NCBI GenBank assembly: GCA_963818475.1
Contig: CAWFSF010000001.1
Coordinates: forward strand, 192,001-256,000
From: Nitrospirota bacterium
GTDB taxonomy: Bacteria; Nitrospirota; UBA9217
Length of the DNA stretch: 64,000 nucleotides
Direction: 5' to 3'
How positions within the stretch are numbered: position 1 is the first letter of the stretch; every line of letters begins with the position of its first letter. The position numbers were made by a program, and so were the translations under genes. Positions 21,029 to 30,993 of this stretch are shown piece after piece. Under the pieces are notes generated by a model. The model did not search any database and had not been told where the DNA came from. It saw nothing but the letters and a program-made list of their open reading frames with translations.

Positions 21029-23088
21029 CGCTGTTCCTTCGTGGGAGTTGTTGATTCTTCCGGGATCGGAATGGTGGCGGTCGGAGCGGTCGTCACGTCT
21101 CCTGCCGCAGGCGCGGTCGGGACGCTCTCCACTGCCTCTGCCGCCGGTGCGGTCACGGTCGGAGCGCTTTGCATTCCCTCTTCGCCTCCGGTGGCCGCGG
21201 ACGGTGCCGGGCCGGTGGACTGGTCCGGCGATTTTTGGATCGAAAACGGTTCCATGTCCTTCTTTTCGATGTGATGCTCCTTGCGGAAATTCTCCATAGC
21301 ATCGGAATTGCGGCGGGTGATGTCAGCTGCATCCTGCTCGTTCTTGATGATGTAGGGCGTGATAAAGATCATCAGATTGGTCTTCTCGACCTTCGAAGTC
21401 TTATACTTGAACAGCCAGCCAAGGACCGGGATATCGCCCAGGAGCGGAACCTTGCTCTCGCTCGAGGTCACATTGTCGCGGATCAAACCGCCAATGACCA
21501 TGGTCTCGCGGTCCTTTACCACCACGGTCGTGGTCGCCGACCGCTTGTTGGTGATGAGGCCGGCCGAGTTCAGGGCGGAGGCCGCGACCACGTCGGAGAT
21601 CTCCTGGTTGATGTCCAGCCGGACGTTGTCATCGGAGGATATCTGGGGCGTGATCGACAGCTTGATGCCCACATCCTTGCGCTCGATCGTATTGAAGATA
21701 CCCTGCGTGCCGGTCGTCGCGTTCTGGGTCTGACCGACCGTGAACGGCACGTTCTGACCGACCATGATCTCCGCCTTCTGGTTGTCCGTAGTGAGAATGT
21801 TCGGCGTGGACAGCACGTTCACATCGCCGTCGGTCTGGAGCGCGCGCAGAAGCGCGCCGATATTCAGAAAGTCCTGGCCATTATACCGAAAGGTCCCCTT
21901 GATCGCCCCGATGGCAAGGCCGTTCATCGAGCCCAACGCTGCCGGTCCGCCCGCCACGACGTTCCCGATGTTGCCGAAGTTCGTGCCGCCCAGGGGAGTG
22001 GTCGGCGCGCCTGGCCCTGACTGGATCTCCCGGGGCGCGTACAGGAATTCGAAACCAAGCTCGCGCTGCTTCTGCAGGCTCATCTCGATGATCGCCGCTT
22101 CGACGTAAACCTGCCGGCGACGGATATCCAGTTTCAGGAGCACGTCTCTGACGGTCTCGTAATCGCCCGGCGAGGCCACGATGATCAGGGAGTTGGTCGC
22201 CTTGTCCGACGTGATCGAGACGGCGCCTTCGAGGATGCTTGCCCCACCGACCGCTGCACCGCCTGCAGGCGGGACAGGAATACGTGAGACAAGCGCGGCC
22301 ATGCTCTTGGCGATGTCCTCGGAACTGGCATGCTTGAGGTAGTAAACGTTGATCTTGCCCTTGCCCTCGGTGGCGGCCACGTCCATGGCATGGACCAGGC
22401 TTTCGATCTTTCTGATGTTCGACACCGAATCGGTGATGATCAGCGAGTTGGTCGGTGCATAGGCGATGAGGGAGCCGTCCTTGCTCATAAGCGGCGTCAG
22501 CGCCCGCGTGATCTCCTGGGGGTTGACATAGTTCATGCGGATGAGCTGGGTCACGTAGCCTTCACCGCCGAATTGGCCGTCCTGATACACCTTGAGGCCG
22601 CTCTGCCGGGCCTGGGCCGAAGAAATGATGCGAATGACCTTGCCGTCCTCGATCGCGGTGAACCCCTTGATCTCCAGTGCGGACTGGAACACCTGGTAGG
22701 CCTCTTCCGGCGAGATCCGCGTCGGGGTCATCAGCGTCACTTTGCCGACCACGCGTTCATCGAGGATGAAGTTCCTGCGCGTGAGTTCGCTCATCACCTT
22801 GACCAGCGCGCTGATCTCGATGTTCGTGAAATTAAGGGCGATAAAATTCTCCCCCGTTTTTGACCTCGTCTTTTCGATCTTTTCTGGCGGGGATGCAGGA
22901 GCGGAAGGAGACGGCGGAGCTGCCTCTTGTGCAGAAGGTGGCGGTGGAACAACCTCCTGTGCAGAAGGTGGAGGAGGCGGCGGAACAACCTCTTGTGCAG
23001 AAGGTGGAGGCGGCGGAACAACCTCCTGTGCAGAAACAACGCTCGTAATGACAAGCCCCACAAGGAAAAGGGCCACTGTTTTTTTCAC
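21025..23088 (-). CDS. gspD: Secretin GspD
   Basis: N0/N1 domains, QVYVEAAIIE, KVPLLGDIPVLGWLFK. Confidence 0.95.
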   Translation of the reverse strand: MKKTVALFLVGLVITSVVSAQEVVPPPPPSAQEVVPPPPPPSAQEVVPPPPSAQEAAPPSPSAPASPPEKIEKTRSKTGENFIALNFTNIEISALVKVMSELTRRNFILDERVVGKVTLMTPTRISPEEAYQVFQSALEIKGFTAIEDGKVIRIISSAQARQSGLKVYQDGQFGGEGYVTQLIRMNYVNPQEITRALTPLMSKDGSLIAYAPTNSLIITDSVSNIRKIESLVHAMDVAATEGKGKINVYYLKHASSEDIAKSMAALVSRIPVPPAGGAAVGGASILEGAVSITSDKATNSLIIVASPGDYETVRDVLLKLDIRRRQVYVEAAIIEMSLQKQRELGFEFLYAPREIQSGPGAPTTPLGGTNFGNIGNVVAGGPAALGSMNGLAIGAIKGTFRYNGQDFLNIGALLRALQTDGDVNVLSTPNILTTDNQKAEIMVGQNVPFTVGQTQNATTGTQGIFNTIERKDVGIKLSITPQISSDDNVRLDINQEISDVVAASALNSAGLITNKRSATTTVVVKDRETMVIGGLIRDNVTSSESKVPLLGDIPVLGWLFKYKTSKVEKTNLMIFITPYIIKNEQDAADITRRNSDAMENFRKEHHIEKKDMEPFSIQKSPDQSTGPAPSAATGGEEGMQSAPTVTAPAAEAVESVPTAPAAGDVTTAPTATIPIPEESTTPTKEQR
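22927..23034 (-). repeat. Coding tandem repeat (SAQEVVPPPP[P][P]) x3 plus a partial copy in GspD
   Basis: Repeated tctgcacaRgaggttgttccgccgcc units. Confidence 0.85.
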
Positions 23089-23265
23089 GCTGAGCCTCCG
23101 GTATAAGAATTACAGCAGTAGCAGCCCTTTCGGGGAAACACGAGACGCCTAAATGAACTCTTTTGGATTATGGCACAGATGGTATCCTGAGGTAAAAACC
23201 GTTAATTCGGCCCCGGGACAGGGCCCTGTTCCTGGCCCTTGACTGCCCCGTTGCCACCGCCCCGG

Positions 23266-24102
23266 TCAGCGGATCTCGTAGTTCAGCGTCTGGCGCTGAC
23301 CGTTGCGCATAAGATCGATCGAAATGTTCTTTTCTTCCTTCAGCCCCTGGTACAGCTGGAAGAACTTGCCGGGATCGTCAACGTCCTGCGCATTGACCTT
23401 CTGGATCACATCGCCGTTCTTGAGCCCGATCTTCTCATAGATGCTTCCGGCCACGATCTCGCTGATGCGGAACCCGACGGTCTTCCCCGCTTCCATGTAC
23501 GGCAGGGCGCGCGCCTGGGTCAGGATCTGGTTCATATTCTCGGTGCTCGCTGCAACCTCCCGCTGATCCAGCATATACTTGTCCCGGGACAGCTGCCGCA
23601 CGCCGGGCGAAGCCGCCGAAGGAGTTGCCATGACGATCTTCGTCGTCGTCCTCCATCTGTAGCTACGGTGACCGAACCGTCCGCCCGCTTAAGCGAGACG
23701 CTGTCGCGTTTCACTTTTACGATCCGTGAACCATCGGGCAGTTTCTCGTTGAGCCGGTAAAAGGCCTGCGGGTTCGCGGGACTGTCGAGCACGGCGCCTG
23801 AGAAGTGCTCACCCTCGATGGTCCCGATCAGGACGTACACGGAAGGCGCCGAAGCCTGGGCCGGCCCGCCTGACGGGCCTTTGCCTTCGCCAAAAAGGCC
23901 GCGCTCGAGGATAGACGAATAGTCGCTCAGCTCCCGCCGCGGTTCAAGCGCCGGACGGCTCTGTTCCCTGGGCAGACGTGATCGTCGCCGCAGCTTCGAG
24001 GCTCCTGCCGATCATGGCGTCAACGGTATCAGCAAGAAAATATGCCGACACCGTGAGGAGCGCAATAAGTATGAGGCTATAGATGGTTTTTTCTTCTTTC
24101 AT
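23266..24102 (-). CDS. gspC: Type II secretion protein GspC with PDZ domain (apparent frameshifts)
   Basis: N-terminal TM helix from ATG 24102, LIGTIEG homology region, PDZ GSIYEKIGLKNGDVI. Confidence 0.8.
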
Positions 24103-24143
24103 GACATTTACCGTATATTCGAGTTTTCACGTACACGTACAAA

Positions 24144-24172
24144 ATTATACTCCTTGGGGCACGGCTTGTCAA
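24144..24172 (-). promoter_or_regulatory. Sigma70 promoter of the gsp cluster
   Basis: TTGACA-N17-TATAAT, perfect consensus. Confidence 0.8.
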
Positions 24173-24229
24173 TTCCTAACCGATTGACGGAAAAAGGCTT
24201 TTCCATTTGCCAAAGACGCCGGATAACGT

Positions 24230-24916
24230 TCAGGGTTTGAAGAACGCGCTATAAAAACCCTTGGCCCGTGAGCGGTAGGCAGGGTAGATCCTGTCGGATT
24301 GTGCGGTGATACTGTGGAGATCGATGCCCTTCTCGTGCTCAAGCCATCCACTCACCATCAGAAGGGGTAACCTCGATATGGAACTGGAGCGCATAGACCC
24401 GGTCGGAGAAACGAAACGCCTGGTTCTGGTACAGGCCCGACGATGCCAGTCGCACAGCGCCGCCGGGCAGGTCAAAGGTGTCGCCATGCCATTGGAACAC
24501 CTCGGCAGCCTGCCTGCCCTGCATGGCCAGCGGTGCCATGACAGGGTCCTGCATGGCGGCGTCGCTCAGCTCCACCTCGTACCACCCGATCTCCTGCTGA
24601 GCTGCCGGCGTAGACCCGGGCCCCGAGCACGTGGGCGATCATCTGGGCGCCGAGACAAACGCCGAGCACCCGCTTCCCGTGCCTTGATGGCCTGCTCGAT
24701 CAGGAGGGCTTCGTTCTTCAGATGCTGATGGAGATGCATCTCATACACGGCCATGGGCCCGCCCATGATGACCAGATGGGTAAAGCTGCCGGGATCAGGC
24801 AAGGGATCGCCCCTTCGCAGGTCAATGACTGTTGCGGCCAGTCCCTGAGACCGGAGGTGGTCCTCGATGGTGCCGGGGCCTTCTGCAGCAATGTTCTTGA
24901 CGATAAGGACGTTCAC
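24230..24916 (-). CDS. Type 1 glutamine amidotransferase (GMP-synthase-like; apparent frameshifts)
   Basis: Fragments EGPG, MGGPM, LGVCLGAQ, QWHGDTF, LQFHIE. Confidence 0.8.
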
Positions 24917-25098
24917 GCCTGTTCTCCGTTTTCCACGGCTGAGGTAAAAAAGATAAAAGCCATGCCCGGCCTGCGCGATGACTCGGTGGTGACGAAATGT
25001 ATGCTCGAGAACAGGTACCCCTGCGCGGTCCAGTGGTTCAGGATCGACTCGATCGATTCATCGGTCACCATGCTCGTTTCAACGACTTTGTAGGCCAT
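24913..25098 (-). CDS. Small protein, DUF4177-like
   Basis: YKVVETSMVTDESIESILNHWTAQGY; upstream TTGCAA-N17-TATAAT. Confidence 0.7.
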   Translation of the reverse strand: MAYKVVETSMVTDESIESILNHWTAQGYLFSSIHFVTTESSRRPGMAFIFFTSAVENGEQA

Positions 25099-25192
25099 GG
25101 GGCATTATAAGCAATTTCGGATCATATTGCAATTCGCAGAAAGACGACGGTGTACTGGAGCTTTTTGAAAAAACCTTTTCCTGAAAAAGATC

Positions 25193-25318
25193 TTTGGACA
25201 CGGAAGGAGCGGATTAACAGCGGATAAATCATAAACAACGCACTCACCTCTTGGGTGAAACAGGTATCAGGAAAAAATCCGCCGTTATCGACTCTTATCC
25301 GACTTGATCAGTGTCAAA
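25193..25318. repeat. Periodic inverted-repeat element (GGACACGGA type)
   Basis: tttggacacggaaggagcggattaacagcggat ... atccgccgttatcgactcttatccgacttgatcagtgtcaaa. Confidence 0.7.
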
Positions 25319-25401
25319 GGATGTTTTGTAGGTTTGACAGGGTTTAGCTGGATTTTCGTGATGGAATGGTTTTATCGGATTTTGTCCTGCCTGTTGGCAG
25401 A

Positions 25402-25440
25402 ATAAACCAACGGCGACCGATACTGCACGGCCGCCGTTGG
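25402..25440 (-). terminator. Probable terminator after the response regulator
   Basis: ccaacggcg...cgccgttgg stem followed by TTTAT on the minus strand. Confidence 0.55.
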
Positions 25441-25489
25441 AAGGAGGAGGTGTTCAGAAGAAGAGATACGGGACGCCGTTCTCAGCGCG

Positions 25490-26113
25490 TCAAATGACGC
25501 CGCTCTTGCGGGCTTTGACCAGCGCTTCGGTCCGGTCCTTTGACTGGAGCTTTTCGTAGATCCTTTTGATATGCGAGTGGACCGTATGGGAACTGATGCT
25601 CAGGTCCGTGGCAATCTCCTTATAGGTCATGCCCAGCTCAATACATTTGAGGATGCTCTTCTCGCGCTGGCTTAAAACGAACTGCTCGGCGATTTCCGCG
25701 TCCTGGAACTCGTGGATCACCTTCCGGGCGATCTTCGGGCTCATGGGTGAGCCCCCCTGGTGGAGTTCGTAGATCGCCTCGATGATCTCACGCGGACTGC
25801 ATCCCTTCAGGAGGTAACCCGAGGCGCCTGCCTTGAGCGCGGAAAAAACGTTTTCCCGGTCGTCGAAGACCGTGTGCGCCATGATCTCGAGCGAAGGCGA
25901 TTCGGCCTTGATCTTTTTTATGAATTCGATCCCCGACATGCCGGGCAGGCCGAGATCGCACAGCACGACCTCGGGCAGGGACTTCTGCAGGGATTAAAGG
26001 GCGTCCTCGCCCGACGGATAGGCGCCGTCCACCGTAATGCCCGGATCCCCGCCCAGGAGGAGCTTGAGATTATCGCGCAGGAGCGGATCGTCTTCAACGA
26101 TTACGAGTTTCAT
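25490..26113 (-). CDS. NarL/LuxR-family response regulator (apparent frameshift)
   Basis: MKLVIVEDD...DLGLPGMSG...GASGYLLK...LSQRE HTH. Confidence 0.9.
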
Positions 26114-26276
26114 GAGAATGAACTGTACCATACCCTTCCTCAATGCGCTATACCCCGAACGGGGTATTTTCGGGCTAATGCGACGGACGCACAGGAGAAC
26201 CGCAAACAGGACGGGGTTGCGTATAGAGCACTACTTTCCTGTTGCTATTCATGGTCAGAGTCAATATAATCTGCGC

Positions 26277-27464
26277 ATGTCCACGGGCAAAAAAACGGTA
26301 TTAACCGGTCTTGACCAGCTGCAAAAGCTCTGGCCAAAGGACCTGCGGGGCGCGCGCATCGGCCTCGTGGTCCATCCCGCGTCCGTCAACCGAAAATTAG
26401 AACACGCCGTCGACCTCTGTTTGCGCTCGAAAAAGTTCAGACTCACCACGCTCTTCGGACCGCAGCACGGCATCCTGGGCCAGACCCAGGACAACATGGT
26501 CGAGTGGGAAGGCTTCCGCGATCCGGCAACAGGCCTGCGCGTTTACAGCCTCTATGGCGCAACGCGGAAACCTTCGACCGAGATGCTTGCTGACGTCGAT
26601 GTGCTCGTCGTCGATCTGCAGGACGTGGGCAGCCGCTACTACACCTTCATCTGGACCCTGGAGCTCTGCATGCAGGCCTGCCACGAAGCGGGAAAGACCC
26701 TGGTCGTGCTCGACCGGCCGAATCCCCTGGGCGGCAGCCTCGTTGAAGGGCCCCTGGTCGAAGAATCCTATGAATCCTTTGTCGGATTGCGGCCGCTGCC
26801 GGTGCGCCACGGCATGACCATCGGCGAGATCGGACTGTATCTCTGCGCAGCATACCACCACGGCCTCGACTACCGCGCCGTGGCCGTGCAGGGCTGGAAG
26901 CGCGGCATGTGGTTCGACCAGACCGGCCTTCCCTGGGCCATGCCGTCCCCCAATATGCCGACGATCGACACGGCGCTCGTCTATCCCGGCATGTGCCTGC
27001 TCGAAGGCACGAACCTCTCCGAAGGCAGGGGCACGACCCGGCCCTTCGAGATCTTCGGCGCGCCCTTTATCCATGCCGAGACCATCGTGCAGTTGCTGAA
27101 GGAGTATAAACTGCCCGGCGTGGTGTTCCGGCCGCTTTCGTTCCTGCCCACCTTCCAGAAACATGCGAACACGCTCTGCCACGGCGCCCAGATCCATGTC
27201 ACGGACCGCTTGAAGTTCAAGCCCTTCAAGACCGGCGTGGCCATCCTGAAGGCGATCCACAACACCTACCCGCGGGAATTCGCCTGGAAACAGCCGCCCT
27301 ATGAGTATGAGGAGATCAACCTCCCGATCGACATCCTGGCCGGGTCCAAACGGCTGCGCATGGATATCGAGTCGTGGAAGGACCTTGACGCCATGGAGAA
27401 GTGGTGGAAGGAAGAGGCGAAGTCGTTTGAGAAAGTGCGGAAACAGTTTTTGATCTATAAATGA
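26277..27464 (+). CDS. DUF1343 / NamZ-like exo-beta-N-acetylmuramidase
   Basis: LFGPQHG, DLQDVGSRYYTF, VLDRPNPLGG, SEGRGTTRPFE. Confidence 0.9.
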   Translation: MSTGKKTVLTGLDQLQKLWPKDLRGARIGLVVHPASVNRKLEHAVDLCLRSKKFRLTTLFGPQHGILGQTQDNMVEWEGFRDPATGLRVYSLYGATRKPSTEMLADVDVLVVDLQDVGSRYYTFIWTLELCMQACHEAGKTLVVLDRPNPLGGSLVEGPLVEESYESFVGLRPLPVRHGMTIGEIGLYLCAAYHHGLDYRAVAVQGWKRGMWFDQTGLPWAMPSPNMPTIDTALVYPGMCLLEGTNLSEGRGTTRPFEIFGAPFIHAETIVQLLKEYKLPGVVFRPLSFLPTFQKHANTLCHGAQIHVTDRLKFKPFKTGVAILKAIHNTYPREFAWKQPPYEYEEINLPIDILAGSKRLRMDIESWKDLDAMEKWWKEEAKSFEKVRKQFLIYK

Positions 27465-27486
27465 AGTTCCAATAGTTAACGAATTT

Positions 27487-27696
27487 AACCGCCGAGACGC
27501 GGAGACGCTGAGAGAGATCAACGACAACAGCCTTGCACACGGAAGAGGCAGAAAATTCGGATTACCAGAAGTAGGCGCTTCCAAGCGACGCGGATAAATC
27601 CTCAGTTTGGTTTTAAACTCAGGTTTGGGCTTCTGACCTATCCGCCGTTTCCGCCGGCACCGCGTCCAAAGCTGTTGACTTCCCCGCGTCCGCGGT
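27487..27696. repeat. Nested periodic palindromic elements between the NamZ-like and MurU/AmgK-like genes
   Basis: Outer aaccgccgagacgcggagacgc...cgcgtccgcggt; inner ttgcacacgga...cgcgtccaa; 28-bp motif at 27563-27590. Confidence 0.65.
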
Positions 27697-27704
27697 AAAA
27701 AACT

Positions 27705-29669
27705 ATGAATCAATACCCCATCACCCTTTTCCTCCCTGCTGCCGGGCTCGGCGAGCGCCTCAGGCCGGTCACGAACCATCTGCCCAAACCGCTCATGCCG
27801 GTGCTCGGAAAGCCGCTGATCGAGATCATCCTTGAGCGGCTGACCGCTGTCTGCTCCGGCGCGATCGGCATCAATCTCCATTACAAGCCGGAGCTGCTGC
27901 GCGGCTGGGCGGAACGTTCTCCCTACGCCGGCCGGATCCGATTCTTTCCCGAAGACCCCATCCTCGGCACCGGCGGAGCGCTCAAGAACGCTTCCCCGCT
28001 GCTTGCGCAAGGCCCCTTTCTGGTCCACAACTCGGACATCCTGCTGGATATCGATTTCACCCGTTTGATCGAGACCCATCTGAAGAACGGGAACATCGCC
28101 ACGCTCGTGACGCACAGGCATCCGACGCTGAGCAACGTGGTGGTTGATGAGAACAACCATGTTATTGACGTGGAGAACCCCGGCGCTTCCCGTCCGGACC
28201 CTGACCGGATCGCCTCAAAGGTCGCCTACACCGGCATCGCCCTGTACTCGCCCGCCATCCTCGGTTTCCTTCCCGAAGGCGTGTCGCACGCCACGGTCGC
28301 CTGGATCGATGCGGCAAAGGCCGGCCACAAGGTCGAGGCCCTTGACTTCACCGGCTCTTACTGGAACGACATCGGCACGCCCGCATCCTATGCCGCCGCC
28401 GTGCTTGATACGCTGCGGGAAAACGGCGAGACCGTTTTTTGCTCACCCAACGCGCAGTGCGGGAAGGCCGAGATCGATGGATATGTGGTCATCGAATCAG
28501 GCAGCACGATCCATGACAACGCCCGGCTCAGGAACTGTATCGTGCTTCCCAACGCGCAGGTGACCGGAAGCCAGGCAAACAGCATTATCGGGCCCGACTA
28601 TGCCATCAGCCTCACCGAGACCGAGATGCAGCCTTCGGCCCACGCGTCAGAGCAGAAAAAGGTCGCGCTCTCAGCCCCTCTTTTCACCCACTATTTCGGC
28701 GTAACCGGTGATTTAGCGTCCGGGGATGCCATCGAAGCCGACGCCCTTCTGATCGGCCTCGGCGGCTCCGACCGCCGCTACTTCCGCGTTCGCAACGTCA
28801 ACAGGACCGCGGTGCTCATGGAGTGCAGGCCCGATGATGCCGACTTCGAGCGCCATCTGGTCTACACCCGCTTCTTTTCAGCCCACCTGGTTCCGGTGCC
28901 CGACCTTCTGGCCGTGGATGATACGCACAAGAGCGCGCTGTTCGAGGACCTGGGCGATACAAGCCTGTTCTCCTATATGAAGCTGCCGCACAACAGCGGG
29001 CATATCGAGGACGTATACGAGCGAGTGCTCGACATTCTGGTCGCACTGCATGGCAGTGTAACTGAGCATGTCCATGAATGTCCCTTGCTCCAGGCGCGGA
29101 TCTTTGACTTTGATTATCTCCTTTGGGAAACAGGCTATTTTCTTCAACAGTTCGTTGTGGGCCTGAAGAACATACCGCCTGGCGATCGGCAGTCGCTTGA
29201 GCAGGAGTTCCACCGGCTCGCGCGGAGAACGGATGCCTATCCCAAAAGCGTTATTCACCGCGATTTCCAGTGCCAGAACATCATGGTCGCCCGGCACGAC
29301 GTCCCGCGCGTCATCGATTTTCAGGGGGCACGGATGGCCCCGCCAGCCTATGATGTCGCTTCCATCCTCTGGGACCCCTATCACCGGCTGAACGACAGCA
29401 TGCGTGAGCGCTTGATAGATTATTATGTGGAAGAGATGAAGCAGAAATCGGCGGGATTCAATGAAGCGTTGTTCAGGGAAAGCCTTCTCCCCTGCCGCCT
29501 TCAGCGCCACATGCAGGCGCTCGGGGCCTACGGATTCCTGTCGAGGGTGAAGGGAAAAAAGTATTTTCTAAAGCACATTCCGGAAGCGCTCAGACTGCTG
29601 AAGGAAGAATCATCAGCTGCGAAAAAAGATTACCCGGAGCTGTACAAGCTGGTGCAGGGACTGGGATGA
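27705..29669 (+). CDS. Fused nucleotidyltransferase (MurU-like) and sugar kinase (AmgK/APH-like)
   Basis: N-terminal AAGLGERLRP..LPKPL and LGTGGAL; C-terminal GGSDRRYFR, HRDFQCQN, IDFQGAR, LQRHMQALGAY. Confidence 0.85.
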   Translation: MNQYPITLFLPAAGLGERLRPVTNHLPKPLMPVLGKPLIEIILERLTAVCSGAIGINLHYKPELLRGWAERSPYAGRIRFFPEDPILGTGGALKNASPLLAQGPFLVHNSDILLDIDFTRLIETHLKNGNIATLVTHRHPTLSNVVVDENNHVIDVENPGASRPDPDRIASKVAYTGIALYSPAILGFLPEGVSHATVAWIDAAKAGHKVEALDFTGSYWNDIGTPASYAAAVLDTLRENGETVFCSPNAQCGKAEIDGYVVIESGSTIHDNARLRNCIVLPNAQVTGSQANSIIGPDYAISLTETEMQPSAHASEQKKVALSAPLFTHYFGVTGDLASGDAIEADALLIGLGGSDRRYFRVRNVNRTAVLMECRPDDADFERHLVYTRFFSAHLVPVPDLLAVDDTHKSALFEDLGDTSLFSYMKLPHNSGHIEDVYERVLDILVALHGSVTEHVHECPLLQARIFDFDYLLWETGYFLQQFVVGLKNIPPGDRQSLEQEFHRLARRTDAYPKSVIHRDFQCQNIMVARHDVPRVIDFQGARMAPPAYDVASILWDPYHRLNDSMRERLIDYYVEEMKQKSAGFNEALFRESLLPCRLQRHMQALGAYGFLSRVKGKKYFLKHIPEALRLLKEESSAAKKDYPELYKLVQGLG

Positions 29670-29689
29670 CCTTTTACAAAAGTTCGAAC

Positions 29690-29740
29690 ACCCCCTCACC
29701 TTTATCCTCTCCCCCGAGGGGAGAGGGTAGGGTGAGGGGT
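29690..29740. repeat. REP-like GC-rich palindrome (CCCTCACC...CCTCTCCC/GGGAGAGG...GGTGAGGG)
   Basis: Long near-perfect hairpin between convergent genes; may also act as a terminator. Confidence 0.75.
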
Positions 29741-29780
29741 TTTCATTCGTTGTTATCAGACTATCGCTGACTGTGAACCA

Positions 29781-30458
29781 CTACTTCCCGTCCTTCGCTC
29801 CCATCAGCTTCCTGAGTTCCTCGAGCGGCACAAATCCGTCAAAGCGCTTGCCGTTCAGATAGAACGTCGGCGTACCGGTGATCTTTTTCTTCACCCCGTC
29901 CTCATGCTGCGCTGCAACCGCACTGCTGTGCTTTCCGGAGTTCAGGCACACCGAGAAGGCCATCCAGTCAAGCTTCAGGTCCTGTGCAACTTTCAGGAAC
30001 GTGCCCTCGTTCATCGGAGCTTTGAGCTCGAACAAGGCATCGCTGTATTCCCAGAACTTTTCCTGATCTCCTGCGCACTCGGAAGCCTCGGCTGCTTTTG
30101 CCGCGAACGGATGGGTGGGGATCGGGAAATGGCGGAACACCCATCGACTGTCTGTTTCCTTTATAACACTCCTCATTGCCTCATGCATCTTCGTGCAATA
30201 AGGGCATTGGAAATCCGCATATTCGATGACCGTGAACTTTGCTTCAGGATTGCCGCGCACATGGTCGGTCGGAAGGACCTTGGGTGCAGGCAGGAGCAGG
30301 GCCTGTATCGCATTGAACTTGTCCGGATACCTGAGCTTCGTAATCAGGACGATATTTGTAAGAATGCTGATAAACAGCAGAATAATGAGGAATGTTTTTG
30401 AAAATATTACACGATGAGCTGTCTCTGGCGTTTTCATCGATCCCTCCACAAAAAACAA
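29781..30458 (-). CDS. DsbA/BdbD-family thiol-disulfide oxidoreductase
   Basis: EYADFQCPYC, FRHFP, GTPTF; N-terminal TM helix. Confidence 0.92.
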   Translation of the reverse strand: MFFVEGSMKTPETAHRVIFSKTFLIILLFISILTNIVLITKLRYPDKFNAIQALLLPAPKVLPTDHVRGNPEAKFTVIEYADFQCPYCTKMHEAMRSVIKETDSRWVFRHFPIPTHPFAAKAAEASECAGDQEKFWEYSDALFELKAPMNEGTFLKVAQDLKLDWMAFSVCLNSGKHSSAVAAQHEDGVKKKITGTPTFYLNGKRFDGFVPLEELRKLMGAKDGK

Positions 30459-30486
30459 ACTCGCCGGACAGTATTACTGTCCGGCG
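30450..30486 (-). terminator. Hairpin/terminator between the lipoprotein and DsbA genes
   Basis: cgccggacagt-att-actgtccggcg followed by AGTTTGTTTTTT on the minus strand. Confidence 0.65.
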
Positions 30487-30524
30487 TTCACTGAAATTCA
30501 ATGGTAGTAAAGTACTAGAGAGTA

Positions 30525-30824
30525 TTACTCAACGTAGCATACCTCATAAGAGCCACCACCACCCTGACTTTGACAAACAGTGGTATTAGGAATTGACGAA
30601 TAACACGCATTAGTACCTACACAATGATAAGGCGATCCAGATGGACAACAGGTTGTATCATTTGAGCAATAATACGGGTAAGCAGAGTCGGTGCAGTTTT
30701 TATATATGCCGGCGAAAGGGTCTGCCTCCGAGCCGCATGCCGCGACTAAAAGCCCTAGTACCGACAGTACCATAAAAATCTGAACCCCAATTCTAAATCC
30801 TGACTTTTTTGCTAAATTCGACAT
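30525..30824 (-). CDS. Small cysteine-rich putative lipoprotein
   Basis: Lipobox LVAAC, 8 further Cys; GGAGG RBS; AT-richer than its neighbours. Confidence 0.7.
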   Translation of the reverse strand: MSNLAKKSGFRIGVQIFMVLSVLGLLVAACGSEADPFAGIYKNCTDSAYPYYCSNDTTCCPSGSPYHCVGTNACYSSIPNTTVCQSQGGGGSYEVCYVE

Positions 30825-30993
30825 AATTAAATCCTCCCTCCAAGACATCATCCTTTTTTATTACGGTATATATATAACCGTTCGAGCGCAGGCTGTCAAC
30901 AATTTTTTCAGTGAATGCGCAAATAAAAAAGGTGTTCTATGCGGGAAGGTTTCGCAAACATTAAAACTTCATGTTTTCAACAAGATGAAATTC

